From Opitutia bacterium (lineage in GTDB: Bacteria > Verrucomicrobiota > Verrucomicrobiia > Opitutales > UBA953), in the NCBI GenBank assembly GCA_021204635.1, contig JAJPZB010000031.1, positions 1 through 55,870 of the forward strand: 55,870 bases of DNA, read 5' to 3'. A program made the position numbers and the translations under genes. Positions 39,113-49,245 of this stretch are shown piece by piece; the stretch's first letter is position 1; each line of letters starts with the position of its first letter. The notes under the pieces were generated by a model. The model was given only the letters and a program-made list of their open reading frames with translations. It had not been told where the DNA came from and made no database searches.

Positions 39113-41518
39113 ATGGATTTCAGGATTTTTCGCTTTGTTGCCATAGTTGTGGTCGGGTTGGTGGTGGCGTTGTCGTCGCAACCGGCATTGTTGCGGGCTG
39201 CCCCAATTCCCGCAGGAGATCTCGACAAGGCATTTCTCTGCTCGCGGCAGGATGTTGGGCAACCGCGCCGCGACCGCTCGGTTGCGGGGGAGCCGCTCCG
39301 CATCGCAGGCAAAAATTTCGACAACGGCATAGGCACGTACGCCACTTCGATGATTCCACTCGACGTTCGTGGTAAAGAATTTTCCGGAGTTGTCGGCATC
39401 GACGATTGTGGTGGCAACAATGGCAGCAGCGTCGAATTTCGCATCCTCGGCGCGCGAAAAATTTTGTGGTCCTCCGGCGCCATGAAAAAGGGCGTGGCGA
39501 AAAAATTCCGCATCACGATCCCTGCGGGGACGCGGAAAATTTACTTGGCTGCATTTGCAGGCGGCGACGATGCCGGCAACAATGCCGATTGGGCAAACCT
39601 GTCGTGGAGTGGCGCCACCACCAACCCACCTGCCACAAAGCCGCTCACCACTAACCCACTTGCCACCACCGAGCAGGTTTCCACCACCAACCCACCCGCC
39701 ACCAAGGCTCCCACCACCAACCCGGCGACGCTCGTGGTTCGCGGGAAAGATTTCGGGCTTGTTCCCAACAAAGAGAACGACGCCACAAAGGCGCTTTGCA
39801 ACGCACTCGAAAAACTTGCCGCGAATGGTGGTGGCATCTTGGAAATCGAGAAGGGCGAGTACCACTTTCGCGCCGAGAACGCATTGCAAATGTCGTTCTA
39901 CGTTTCCAACCACGAACAACCGCCGGTGCGCCCCGTGCAAATCCCGCTCGTCGATTTGCACAACGTCGAGATTCGCGGGAACGGCTCTACATTTATTCTG
40001 CACGGCGAAAGCCTCGGAGTGCTTTTCATGGACTGCGACAACGTGACGCTCGACAACGTGAAAATCGACTACGCGCAGTCAATTTTTTCAGAGGCGAAAG
40101 TCGTCGCATTCAAAAACGCCACCACCATCGTGGAAATCGACAACAAGGCGTTTCCGTACGAAATTCGCGACGGGAAGTTGCGCTTCAAATGCAATGGTGG
40201 CGAGCGTGGCGTGCTTGCCGTGACCGCATTTCGCGCGAAGACAAAAAACATCGTCGAGCGCACTTCCGACATTGTTTTCGATGGTGGCGCGGAAGAAATT
40301 GCCGGCGGGAGAATTGCTCTGCGCAAAGATTTTTCCCGCGAGGGCGCGGGCGTGAAAGTCGGCGACACACTCACGCTGCGCACATATGAGCGCCCGCAAC
40401 CGGCATGCGTGATTTATCGCGCAACAAACACGACGCTCTCCGATGTCGCGATTTCTTCGAGCTTCGGCATGGCGCTTCTCGCGCAACGTTGCAAGAACGT
40501 GGCGTTTTTCGGGAAATCCGGGTTTGTGGCGAAAACGGCGGGAACCTTTCCGCGACCCGAGACGGGGCGCGTGTATTCCGCCTCGGCAGACGCCACGCAC
40601 TTTTCCAACGTCGCGGGGAAAGTCGTCGTCGCGAACGCGTTTTTTGAAACCATGCTCGACGACGCGCTGAACGTGCATTCCACCTGCCTCGCGATCGACG
40701 CCATTGTGGCGGGCAACAAACTGCGTTGCCGCTTCGTGCACCCACAGTCTGTTGGGTTCGAGGTTTTCATGCCCGGGGAAACTCTGCGATTTATCAAGGG
40801 GAAAACGCTCGAGCCGGGTGCGGAACTCAAAGTCGCCGCCGTGGAAAAACTCGGCAACAATGAACTCATGATAACGCTTGCCGGCAATGTTCCAGCCGAG
40901 TACGACGTCGGCGACGCCGTCGAGAATGCCGATTTCCAGCCCAAAGTGATTTTCCGCAACAATCTCGTCCAAAACAATCGCGCCCGCGGAATCCTCGTGA
41001 CGACGCCGAAAAAAGTGCTCATCGAGAACAACGTCTTTCGCAATGTTGCGGGATCGGCGATTCTTCTCGCCGGCGACGCGCAGGGTTGGTTTGAAAGCGG
41101 CGCTTGCGAAAATGTCGCAATCCGCAACAATAAATTCGAGAACAACCTGACGTCGCGATTCCAATTCACAAACGCGATAATCTCAATTTGCCCCGAGGTG
41201 AAAGATCTCGCGAATCAGAAGAAGTTTTACCACCGCAACATTCTCATCGAAAACAACGAGTTCAACACCTTCGACGTGCCATTGTTGTATGCGCTCTCGA
41301 CGCAAAACCTGACTTTCCGCAACAATAAAATCCGCTACAACAATGACTTCGCGGGCTGGGGGCAAAAAAAATTTCGCTTCGTGAAATGCGCCGGCGTCGC
41401 GATTTACAACAATAAATTTTTACCCGCCGGCAAAAAGATTTCTCTTGACGATTGCGATCTCGAGATGACCGCGCCTGAGGAAATCGGCTTTGTTGCGCCC
41501 GCCGGCAACAAACCCTGA
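39113..41518 (+). CDS. Secreted GH110-type alpha-galactosidase (beta-helix) with N-terminal NPCBM/CBM51-like module
   Basis: Signal peptide; FDNGIGT..FSGVVGIDD..SVEF..ADWAN (NPCBM-like); TTNP linker; ADATHFSN, DDALNVHST, NNRARGILVTT, GWFESG. Confidence 0.8.
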   Translation: MDFRIFRFVAIVVVGLVVALSSQPALLRAAPIPAGDLDKAFLCSRQDVGQPRRDRSVAGEPLRIAGKNFDNGIGTYATSMIPLDVRGKEFSGVVGIDDCGGNNGSSVEFRILGARKILWSSGAMKKGVAKKFRITIPAGTRKIYLAAFAGGDDAGNNADWANLSWSGATTNPPATKPLTTNPLATTEQVSTTNPPATKAPTTNPATLVVRGKDFGLVPNKENDATKALCNALEKLAANGGGILEIEKGEYHFRAENALQMSFYVSNHEQPPVRPVQIPLVDLHNVEIRGNGSTFILHGESLGVLFMDCDNVTLDNVKIDYAQSIFSEAKVVAFKNATTIVEIDNKAFPYEIRDGKLRFKCNGGERGVLAVTAFRAKTKNIVERTSDIVFDGGAEEIAGGRIALRKDFSREGAGVKVGDTLTLRTYERPQPACVIYRATNTTLSDVAISSSFGMALLAQRCKNVAFFGKSGFVAKTAGTFPRPETGRVYSASADATHFSNVAGKVVVANAFFETMLDDALNVHSTCLAIDAIVAGNKLRCRFVHPQSVGFEVFMPGETLRFIKGKTLEPGAELKVAAVEKLGNNELMITLAGNVPAEYDVGDAVENADFQPKVIFRNNLVQNNRARGILVTTPKKVLIENNVFRNVAGSAILLAGDAQGWFESGACENVAIRNNKFENNLTSRFQFTNAIISICPEVKDLANQKKFYHRNILIENNEFNTFDVPLLYALSTQNLTFRNNKIRYNNDFAGWGQKKFRFVKCAGVAIYNNKFLPAGKKISLDDCDLEMTAPEEIGFVAPAGNKP
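39614..39727 (+). repeat. In-frame ACCACCAACCC repeat cluster encoding a TTNP linker
   Basis: ATTNPPATKPLTTNPLATTEQVSTTNPPATKAPTTNPA. Confidence 0.9.
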
Positions 41519-41543
41519 GCGCCCGCGTCTGCTGCTGCGGCTA

Positions 41544-42920
41544 CTAGTTTTCGGGCTTGACGAGCTCGAGCTCCGACGACACGCACGAGCCGAGCGAGTA
41601 TCCGCCTTTCCCCGCCGTGGCAAACAGTGGCGGCTCGGGCAAAATGAGATCAAAGCCGCGAGCTTTCCGCATGGCGTTCATTTTTTGCCACATGAGAAAA
41701 TCGATGATCACGGGATTCGCGCTGAGCCAAACCTCCTTCTCGGAAGTCGTGTAGTTTTGGTTGAAAACGGGTCCGCCGATAAACTGATATTTTTCGAGCG
41801 AGAGAATCGTGAGCTCAAATTTTTTGCGGAACTCCGGGATTGTGGCGACTGAGACTGCCATTTGAACCGCGTTGGCGGGGTTCTCGAGAAAACGCCGCTG
41901 GTTGCTCACATTCCAGATCGTCGCGTTCCCGATCGCGGCGGAAACTCCGAGCGCGGGCAGGTCTGACGCGACCGGAAGATTTATCCAGAAATCGACGTCG
42001 AAAAGCAGCGGAATCGGCAGGAAGCTTTTGCGCTCGTTTGCGAGGTCTTCCATGGTTCGCGCGAAAGCGGTGGTGGGCTCGCGCGACGGCAGGTTGTTCT
42101 CGTAGAACCATTTCCCGTTGTAAAAATTTCCTGTGTCGAGCGCGATAACCGGCGAACCTTCCCAGAAAAAGTCGTTGGGCTTGCGATATGGTGGCAAGTA
42201 GCCGGAAGCCCGCAACGTGCGCTCCTGCAAATCGACAATCAAAACATTTTCCGCAGAAAAACCGCGCTTAGCGAGAGCCCGCCGGACTGCGCGCGTGAGG
42301 TTTTTGGGCGTCTCAAAACCGCGTCCCGAAGCCGTGTAAATTTTCAATGCAACTTTTTTCTTTTCGGCGGGGACGAGTTGCCTACCGGTCTTTTTCTCGT
42401 AGGAAGAAAGCAGGAACTCGACGGCTTTGTTGTAGGCGGCGGTGGAAAAATCTGCGACGCTGCTCTCGAACAAAAATTTGCGCTGCGGCTCGGGGAAACT
42501 TTCCACGATAGGCGTTGTCGTTATCGCGGGCGCGATTGTTGTCGTTGTCGTGGCGGGGTTGGAGGTGGGCGTGACCACGCGCGGCGTCTGCTCGTTTGTG
42601 GTGGCGGGGGTTTGTTGCGGGCTCGCACCGGCATTGTTGCTGCGGGCGCCTTCGTCTGCGCTCGCAGTGAGGTCTATCCCTGCGAATTTCTTCACAACGA
42701 TGGGCGCGGCGGCATTGTTGTCAGAGCCCTGAACCGGGTTGGTGGTGGACGCCGGGTTGGTGGTGGCAGCCGGGTTGGTGGTGGCAACCTGGTTAGTGGT
42801 GGCGGTTGGGTTGGTGGTGGACACCGGGTTGGTGGTGGAATCGTCCTCGGCGAAGAGGGTGCCCGCGACCGCAACAAAGCCGAATGCGCAGAGCAGAATT
42901 TTTTTCAAGAGAAAATTCAT
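41544..42920 (-). CDS. Secreted DUF362-like protein with Thr/Pro-rich N-terminal region
   Basis: Signal peptide MNFLLKKILLCAFGFVAVAGTLFA, VALKIYT, DVDFWINLPV, LSANPVIID; directly downstream of mrdA. Confidence 0.6.
   Translation of the reverse strand: MNFLLKKILLCAFGFVAVAGTLFAEDDSTTNPVSTTNPTATTNQVATTNPAATTNPASTTNPVQGSDNNAAAPIVVKKFAGIDLTASADEGARSNNAGASPQQTPATTNEQTPRVVTPTSNPATTTTTIAPAITTTPIVESFPEPQRKFLFESSVADFSTAAYNKAVEFLLSSYEKKTGRQLVPAEKKKVALKIYTASGRGFETPKNLTRAVRRALAKRGFSAENVLIVDLQERTLRASGYLPPYRKPNDFFWEGSPVIALDTGNFYNGKWFYENNLPSREPTTAFARTMEDLANERKSFLPIPLLFDVDFWINLPVASDLPALGVSAAIGNATIWNVSNQRRFLENPANAVQMAVSVATIPEFRKKFELTILSLEKYQFIGGPVFNQNYTTSEKEVWLSANPVIIDFLMWQKMNAMRKARGFDLILPEPPLFATAGKGGYSLGSCVSSELELVKPEN
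42733..42840 (-). repeat. Six in-frame 18-bp repeat units encoding (S/A)TTNPx
   Basis: STTNPV STTNPT ATTNQV ATTNPA ATTNPA STTNPV. Confidence 0.92.
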
Positions 42921-42989
42921 GGTTGTAAGTTTGTCAAAAAGCATTGTGGCGGGCAAATTTGTTCCCAAGCCCCACAACAATCTTGGGGC

Positions 42990-44927
42990 TCAGGGTTTGA
43001 AGTATAGCGCGCGCCATTTTTTGAAAATTTCTTTGGCGACGGGGCCCGCTGTCGCGCCGCCCGCCATGCGATCCTCGTAGTCCGCCTCAAAGACCACAGT
43101 CACTGCGACTTGCGGCTTGTCAATCGGCGCAAATCCCGTGAACCACGCGAGATTCGAGCGCTTGCCGCGATTTTGCCACTGAGCCGTGCCCGTTTTCCCC
43201 GCGATTTCGAGCCCCTCGACCTTCGCGTATCTCCCCGTCCCGACCTCGACGGATTCGCGCATGCCTTGCAAAATTTTCGCGCGGGCGCGCGCCGTCAGCC
43301 CAATCGGCTCGCCACCGTGGTTGACGCGGGTGTTTTGCCGCTCGGGGTCAAACAAAATCGACGGTTTCGTGCGCGTCTCGTTTCGCGCGAGCGACGCGGT
43401 CATGCACGCGATGTGGAGCGGCGAAGTCTGCAAAAATCCCTGCCCGATCGCCATGTTGAGCGTGTCGCCCGCAACCCAACCGCCCGCGCCCGTCGAGCGC
43501 TTGTATCTCGGCGATGGCACGACGAGATAGAGGCCCGTCGCTTCGGGCAATTCGACGGGCAGCTTTTGGTCGAGCCCGAAGCGCTTTGCCTCCTGCGAAA
43601 TCGGCTCCCAGCCCAATTCGAGAGCGGCGTTGTAGCAATACACGTTGCCCGAAGTGCGGAGCATTCGCGCGACGTCGGACAAGCCGAACGCGACGCCGTC
43701 GTGCTCGGGCCAGTTGCGATTATCGACGCGCAAATACGATCCGCAGTCAAACTGCTGATCCGGCAAAATTTTGCCTGAGCGCATGGCGGCGATCGCCGTG
43801 ATTATCTTGAATGTCGAGCCCGGCGGATATCGCCCTTGCACGGCGCGATTCACCAAAATATTTGCGTCTTGCGCCGCGAGTTCTTCCTGATATGCGCTGC
43901 GCACGACGACGGAAAATTCGTTCGGGTCGTAGGCAAATGCGCTCGCGAGCGCGAGAATTTCGCCCGTGTTCACGTCGAGCGCAATCGCGGCACCGGGGCG
44001 GCCGACTTTCTGCATCGCGGCTTCGAGCGCCTGTTGCAACTCGATGTCGATGGAAACGTAAATCCGCGTCCCCTGCGTCGGGCGAACTTCTTTTATTTTT
44101 TCGGCGAGATAGCCGTTGGGGAGAACGCGCCAGAGCCGATAGCCCGGGACGCCGCGCAGCGCTTCGTCGAACTGCATTTCCACGCCCGTCGCGCCCGTCT
44201 TTCCGCGATAACGTGCGATGCCGAGCCCGCGAAATTCCTCCGGCGTCTCGATGTCGTCGGTGTTTTTCAGCCAACCGAGAACGTGCGCGGCGAGCTTCCC
44301 GTATGGATAAAATCGCACGCTATCCACGTAGAGGCGGATTGGCGCGTCTGCCCCGAATTTTTCGACAAATCGCGCGCGCTCCCGTTCCGTGAGATTTTCG
44401 ACGAGCGGGAAATCGAGCGTGCGCTTTTGGCTGAAATGGCGCAGGACGGTTTTCGGGTCGATGTCGCTCTCGCGGCCAATCGCGGCGTTCACGAGATTGA
44501 GATATTTCCTGAGCACGTCGATTCGCGCGTTGTTGAGCAAGACGTTGCGATCGATTCTCGCCGAGTTCGGGTCTTGAAAAATTTCCCGCGCCTCTTTCAC
44601 GTTTTCGATGTACCTTGCGTCGATTTCGTCAAGCAAAAATTTGTCGCTCAAATCGACGACGACGGAATATCGCGCTCTGTTTGCGACGACGGGGTTTCCG
44701 TTGCGGTCGCAAATTTCGCCGCGCGGGGCAGGGAGCATGACGATTCGCAGGCTTTGCTTGTCGTGTTTCCCGAGATAATCGTCGGATTCAAAAATTTGCC
44801 GCTTCGCCAATCCCGCGATTAAAAAAAGCGCGCAGAGCAGGAAAATCGCGCCGATGATGCCGATCCGCAGCGGGCTGACGCTGCGCGCGCGCACCGGCTC
44901 TTCCGTCACTCGCTCTCCGCCGCCCAT
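42990..44927 (-). CDS. mrdA: Penicillin-binding protein 2
   Basis: APRGEICDRNG, RFYPYG, PGSTFK (SxxK), SGN (SxN), AIGQG, AGKTGT; AGGAGG upstream of ATG 44927. Confidence 0.92.
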   Translation of the reverse strand: MGGGERVTEEPVRARSVSPLRIGIIGAIFLLCALFLIAGLAKRQIFESDDYLGKHDKQSLRIVMLPAPRGEICDRNGNPVVANRARYSVVVDLSDKFLLDEIDARYIENVKEAREIFQDPNSARIDRNVLLNNARIDVLRKYLNLVNAAIGRESDIDPKTVLRHFSQKRTLDFPLVENLTERERARFVEKFGADAPIRLYVDSVRFYPYGKLAAHVLGWLKNTDDIETPEEFRGLGIARYRGKTGATGVEMQFDEALRGVPGYRLWRVLPNGYLAEKIKEVRPTQGTRIYVSIDIELQQALEAAMQKVGRPGAAIALDVNTGEILALASAFAYDPNEFSVVVRSAYQEELAAQDANILVNRAVQGRYPPGSTFKIITAIAAMRSGKILPDQQFDCGSYLRVDNRNWPEHDGVAFGLSDVARMLRTSGNVYCYNAALELGWEPISQEAKRFGLDQKLPVELPEATGLYLVVPSPRYKRSTGAGGWVAGDTLNMAIGQGFLQTSPLHIACMTASLARNETRTKPSILFDPERQNTRVNHGGEPIGLTARARAKILQGMRESVEVGTGRYAKVEGLEIAGKTGTAQWQNRGKRSNLAWFTGFAPIDKPQVAVTVVFEADYEDRMAGGATAGPVAKEIFKKWRALYFKP

Positions 44928-45565
44928 GCTTCGTCCTCCTGCGTCGGCGTGCCGGCGTCGTTGCAAAGTTCGATTCCGCAAAGCCGATACGCCGACAGCG
45001 CCATGTCGAAATACCATCCGCCCGCGAGAATCACGAACAGCGACGACGCGACGAGGTTTGCGCCGAAGCCCGCCCAATACGAGCCGTCCGCCCAGCGCTC
45101 CATTCCCATTGCAATCGCCCAGAAAAAGAAAATCGCCGTGTTCAAAATTTCCGCGCAAATGAGCCATTGCACGGGCGAAGAAAAATTGAAGCGCATTTTT
45201 GCAAAGCGCATGGCGAGAAACGCGAACACCATCCAGCCGGTCACGAAGCCGAAAAATTCCGGAGGCTCGCGCGAAATTTCCCCAAACAAATACGCGCCGT
45301 GCGAACTGTCCCAGATGCTCAGCGCGTTCATGCGGTCGAACGGAACGGGAAGCGCTGCGTCAACCAAAAATCCGCTTATCAACACGCAAAAAAGCCCGCG
45401 CCCAAACGTCATGAAAAGCGCGGGGATGACGACGAGGATGCCCGCCGTGAAAAGCGAAACGCCGGTCGGCGCGAGCAAATTCCCGAGCACCGACATCGCC
45501 GCAACCCAGAAATACGCGACCGCGCACGCCGGAAGCCAATACAAAAAACTGTGCTCGAACTTCAT
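44906..45565 (-). CDS. mreD: MreD-like membrane protein
   Basis: Multi-TM protein between mreC and mrdA; call is positional. Confidence 0.6.
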   Translation of the reverse strand: MKFEHSFLYWLPACAVAYFWVAAMSVLGNLLAPTGVSLFTAGILVVIPALFMTFGRGLFCVLISGFLVDAALPVPFDRMNALSIWDSSHGAYLFGEISREPPEFFGFVTGWMVFAFLAMRFAKMRFNFSSPVQWLICAEILNTAIFFFWAIAMGMERWADGSYWAGFGANLVASSLFVILAGGWYFDMALSAYRLCGIELCNDAGTPTQEDEAWAAESE

Positions 45566-45568
45566 TTT

Positions 45569-46492
45569 TCACATTCCCGTTGTTGCGGCGTCGGTGCGCA
45601 GCTTTCTCCCCTCGCCGCCTTGTTTGTCGAGCTCCTCCAAGGTGTCCAATTGCCCTGATTCCGTGATGTCGGCGCTCACGGGCACGAGAATCGCAACTTC
45701 TTCGAGAGTGGCGAGATTCGGGCGCAACTCGACCGGCGCCTCGTAGAACAAACCGTCTTCCGTGAGCTCCAATTTTTGGCTGACTTCGCCAATCGCGAGC
45801 CCTGGCGGGAAAACGCCGCCAATGCCTGTCGTGATGACGGGGACGCGGTGTGTGAACTCGCTCGGGAAGTCCGACGGAATGTCGCGAATTATCCCCGAGG
45901 GGCGACGAAGCGGACCGCCGCTCGCGCCGCGATATGTCACAGGGTAGTCGCTGCCTTCGATGTATGCGGAAATGCGAAACGACGGGCTCGAAATCAGCTC
46001 CACGACGCTTGTCGAGAGATGGACGGTCCTCACTCTGCCGACGACGCCGTGTGCATCTACGACAGGGCATCCCTCGCGAATGCCGTCGCTTTTTCCGCGC
46101 CGCACGACGATTTGTTGCCACCACAATCCAATGTCGCGCCGAGCGACGCGCGCGACGACGACGCGCATTTCCGGCCTCGACGGCAGGTTGAGCAGGCGCT
46201 CCAAGCGCAAATTTTCTTCGCGCAGGGAATTGAATTGTTGCGATTCAAATTGGAGCGAGCCGGCGATCCGCGCGGCGTCGCGACCGGCTTCGATCAACTC
46301 GTGCTTGCTGCGGGAGCGCATTTCCCAATACCTCGCAAGATCGCCGACGCGCGACGATGCCAACGAGACCGGCGCCTCAAATTCGTAGAAACTCTCCGCG
46401 AAAAATCTCTTCACACAGGATGGGGCAAACCAGCAGAGCGCGATCGCAAAAAAACCGAACAGGAAAGGGCGGAGATTGCGATAGCTTATCAT
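45569..46492 (-). CDS. mreC: Rod shape-determining protein MreC
   Basis: LREENLRLERLL coiled coil, G..DGI..G.PV, GVVGRV, TTGIGGVFPPGLAIG.V. Confidence 0.92.
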   Translation of the reverse strand: MISYRNLRPFLFGFFAIALCWFAPSCVKRFFAESFYEFEAPVSLASSRVGDLARYWEMRSRSKHELIEAGRDAARIAGSLQFESQQFNSLREENLRLERLLNLPSRPEMRVVVARVARRDIGLWWQQIVVRRGKSDGIREGCPVVDAHGVVGRVRTVHLSTSVVELISSPSFRISAYIEGSDYPVTYRGASGGPLRRPSGIIRDIPSDFPSEFTHRVPVITTGIGGVFPPGLAIGEVSQKLELTEDGLFYEAPVELRPNLATLEEVAILVPVSADITESGQLDTLEELDKQGGEGRKLRTDAATTGM

Positions 46493-46613
46493 TTGCGGGA
46501 GTAAAAAATATGTCGCCGCATTGACGACTCACGCCGGTTTTGCGCAACCTCGGCGCGAGGCAAAAATTTCGCGGGGAAATGTGCGCCGAGACCGCAGAGC
46601 AACGCAGGCGAAC

Positions 46614-47642
46614 TTAGTCGCGGCGATGCATTTTGTTCCAGTTGTCGTCCTCAATGGAAATGCCGGTGCCGTTGACGACGGCGTGAAGCGGATCTTCCGC
46701 GACAAAGAACGGCAAGCCCGTTTTTTCTGCGAAATACACGTCGAGTCCGCGAATGAGCGCGCCGCCACCGGCGAGAACTGCGCCGCGGTCGTAGAGATTG
46801 CCGCTGATTTCCGGCGTGCAGCGCGAAAGCGTGTCGCAAATCGCGGCTTCCATTTTGCTGAAGCAGGGGAGCATCGCGTTGCGAATTTCTTCCGAGTTCA
46901 CGGTGAGCGCACGCGGCAAGCCGCCGAAGAGGTCGCGTCCTTTGATGTCCATCATCATTTCCTGGCGCAGCGGGACAGCGGAGCCAATTGCCTTTTTGAG
47001 CTCTTCCGCCGTGCGCTCGGAAATCACCAAGTCGTAAGAAGTTTTGATGTATTCGATGATCGCGCGCTCCAATTCGTCGCCGGCAACATTCAGGCTCTTC
47101 GCCGCCACAATGCCGCCGAGCGAGAGCACCGCGACCTCCGTGGTGCCGCCACCAATGTCAACGATCATGCTCGCCTCCGGTTCTCCGACCGGAAGCCCGA
47201 CGCCGAGCGCCGACGCAATCGGCTCAAAAATTATCCGCACATTTTGCGCGCCCGCGCGATACGCCGATTCCTCGACAGCCCTGCGTTGCAGGCGGTTGAT
47301 CCCGTATGGCACCGCGATGACAACAGTGAGGTGTGTCAACAACGAATGCCGCGCCGCTTTCCCGATGAAATAACGCAACATGTGCTCGCTGATTTCATAG
47401 TCCGCGATAACGCCTTCTTTCATCGGTCGAATGACCTCGAGGCCTTCGGGGACAACAGTTGCCATGCGCTTTGCGTCCGAGCCGACAGCCAAAATCGCCT
47501 TCGTCTCTTTGTTCATCGCGACATAGCTCGGTTCGTCCATTATTATCCCGCGCCCCTTCACATAAACGAGGACGTTCGCCGTCCCGAGGTCGATACCGAT
47601 TGAAGTGGAGAAAATTCCTGGAAATCTGCTGAAAATTGACAT
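46614..47642 (-). CDS. mreB: Rod shape-determining protein MreB
   Basis: GIDLGTAN, EPS.VA, RPMKEGVIAD, VDIGGGTTEVA, LAGGGAL. Confidence 0.97.
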   Translation of the reverse strand: MSIFSRFPGIFSTSIGIDLGTANVLVYVKGRGIIMDEPSYVAMNKETKAILAVGSDAKRMATVVPEGLEVIRPMKEGVIADYEISEHMLRYFIGKAARHSLLTHLTVVIAVPYGINRLQRRAVEESAYRAGAQNVRIIFEPIASALGVGLPVGEPEASMIVDIGGGTTEVAVLSLGGIVAAKSLNVAGDELERAIIEYIKTSYDLVISERTAEELKKAIGSAVPLRQEMMMDIKGRDLFGGLPRALTVNSEEIRNAMLPCFSKMEAAICDTLSRCTPEISGNLYDRGAVLAGGGALIRGLDVYFAEKTGLPFFVAEDPLHAVVNGTGISIEDDNWNKMHRRD

Positions 47643-47740
47643 GGGCGGCTACTTTGTTGCCGCAATTTAAAAAGAGGGGAAACTTATTGTCAACGCAACG
47701 CCCCGCCGGCACGGGCTTTTGCTTTGTTGTGGCGGGGTGG

Positions 47741-47923
47741 CGGGTTAGTGGTGAACGCGATTGTTGCCGCCACTAACCCGAACCTTCACCACTAACCCAA
47801 TTCCCACCACCAACCTAAGTTTCACCACAGACCCGCGCCACCACCAACCCGAGTCTCACCACCAACCCGGATCTCGCCACCAACTCACGCCACCACCAAC
47901 CCGTGTCTCTCACCACTAACCCG
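47741..47923. repeat. Array of about ten YCACCACYAACCC units, led by one inverted unit
   Basis: CGGGTTAGTGG..CCACTAACCCG inverted pair, then direct units at 16-20 nt spacing. Confidence 0.92.
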
Positions 47924-47933
47924 CGCGGGGAAC

Positions 47934-49133
47934 TTAGAAATCTTCCGAGAAAAATTCCTCGTCGGAAACTTCTTCCTCTGCCTCGTATGACGCAGCGGTG
48001 TCGTCGTCAAACACAGGCTCTGCCGCCTTCTCGTCGTCGCCACCACCATTGCTGTCGTCGGCTTTGTTGCCGTCAGTCGCGGCATTGTTGTCGGCGGGTT
48101 TGTCGTTCTCTGTTGCGGCTTTTATTATGTATTCAAGCTGCGTTGCCATGCTCGTCACAATCTCGAGGGCTTCGGTCTGTTCCTTGGGGATTTTTTTCAC
48201 AATTTCGAGGAGTTTGTCGCGGCATTCAATGATTTGCGGGAGCGATTCTTTGAGAATTTCTGCCACCTTTTTTCGCACAGCCTCTTTGGCCTCGGGCCCG
48301 AGATCTTCTTTGCCCTGCAACGCGGCCTCGATTTTTTCGTTCAGCTTTTTTGTCAGCGGAACGAAATATTTGTCCTGAAAAGGCTTTACGAACGCGAAAT
48401 ATGAGTATTGCGCGTGCAATTCCTCGCTGCCTTCTCCGTTGTATGCCACAACTTCGTTGGCGAGATTGGCGAGATCTTCGTTCTCGCGTTGCTGTTCCAA
48501 GGTGAAATTTTTAATCGCCTCGTGAATTTTTTTGACACGCTTCGCTGTGCCGCGCTCGAGGCCTTTCAGCCCCGACTTTATGCTCGAAATCTTTTTCGAG
48601 AAATCTGTGACCTCGGCGAGCGCCTTCAAGTAATTTTCGACGCCGCCGCTGCGATATCCGGTTTCGGCGAGCCGCTTGCCGTCTGCGTTCAAAATCAAAA
48701 CTGTCGGGAAGCCTTCGATTTTAAATTGCTCGAGCAACTTCGGATTTTGCTTTTTCGCCTGCTCGGAAAGTAGGCTTTGGTCGTGCGGCGTGTCGATGAA
48801 GACGAGCACGAAGCTCTTTTTCGCAGCCTCCAAAAATTCCGGCTTTGAGAAAACTTCTTCGTCGAGGCGTTTGCACCACGAGCACCAATCCGAGCCGGAG
48901 AAATCGACGAGGAGCAGTTTGTTTTCTTTTTTCGCGAGTTTTTTTGCCTCCGCAAAATCGTCGAGCCAGCCCGCCGGCGTCGAGGTTTGCTGCGCCTCGG
49001 TGGCGGCGTCGGAGCCGGGCTCGGTCGCCGCGATTTTTTCGGCGGGGACGATTGTTTCAGCCGGCGTGGAATCGGCGAACAACGTGCCTGCGAGAGAGAC
49101 CGCGAGTGCGATCGAGAGAATCGGTTTTTTCAT
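47934..49133 (-). CDS. Secreted thioredoxin-fold protein
   Basis: Signal peptide, FSGSDWCSWCKRL, GFPTV cis-Pro loop, helical and acidic C-terminus. Confidence 0.85.
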   Translation of the reverse strand: MKKPILSIALAVSLAGTLFADSTPAETIVPAEKIAATEPGSDAATEAQQTSTPAGWLDDFAEAKKLAKKENKLLLVDFSGSDWCSWCKRLDEEVFSKPEFLEAAKKSFVLVFIDTPHDQSLLSEQAKKQNPKLLEQFKIEGFPTVLILNADGKRLAETGYRSGGVENYLKALAEVTDFSKKISSIKSGLKGLERGTAKRVKKIHEAIKNFTLEQQRENEDLANLANEVVAYNGEGSEELHAQYSYFAFVKPFQDKYFVPLTKKLNEKIEAALQGKEDLGPEAKEAVRKKVAEILKESLPQIIECRDKLLEIVKKIPKEQTEALEIVTSMATQLEYIIKAATENDKPADNNAATDGNKADDSNGGGDDEKAAEPVFDDDTAASYEAEEEVSDEEFFSEDF

Positions 49134-49245
49134 AACTGTGTTTTTTCTTTTGTTGTGGATTAAAACTCGAAAGCGCGTTTGTTGCGGAGCTCGCGAGTTA
49201 ATGAAAAGCGTTGTCGCTCGGGAAATTTGCTTTGCGCAAAGAAAT

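Noticed and set aside
47741-47750. GGGTTAG variant as a telomere repeat
   Set aside because: No tandem TTAGGG; it is a single-base variant of the repeat core
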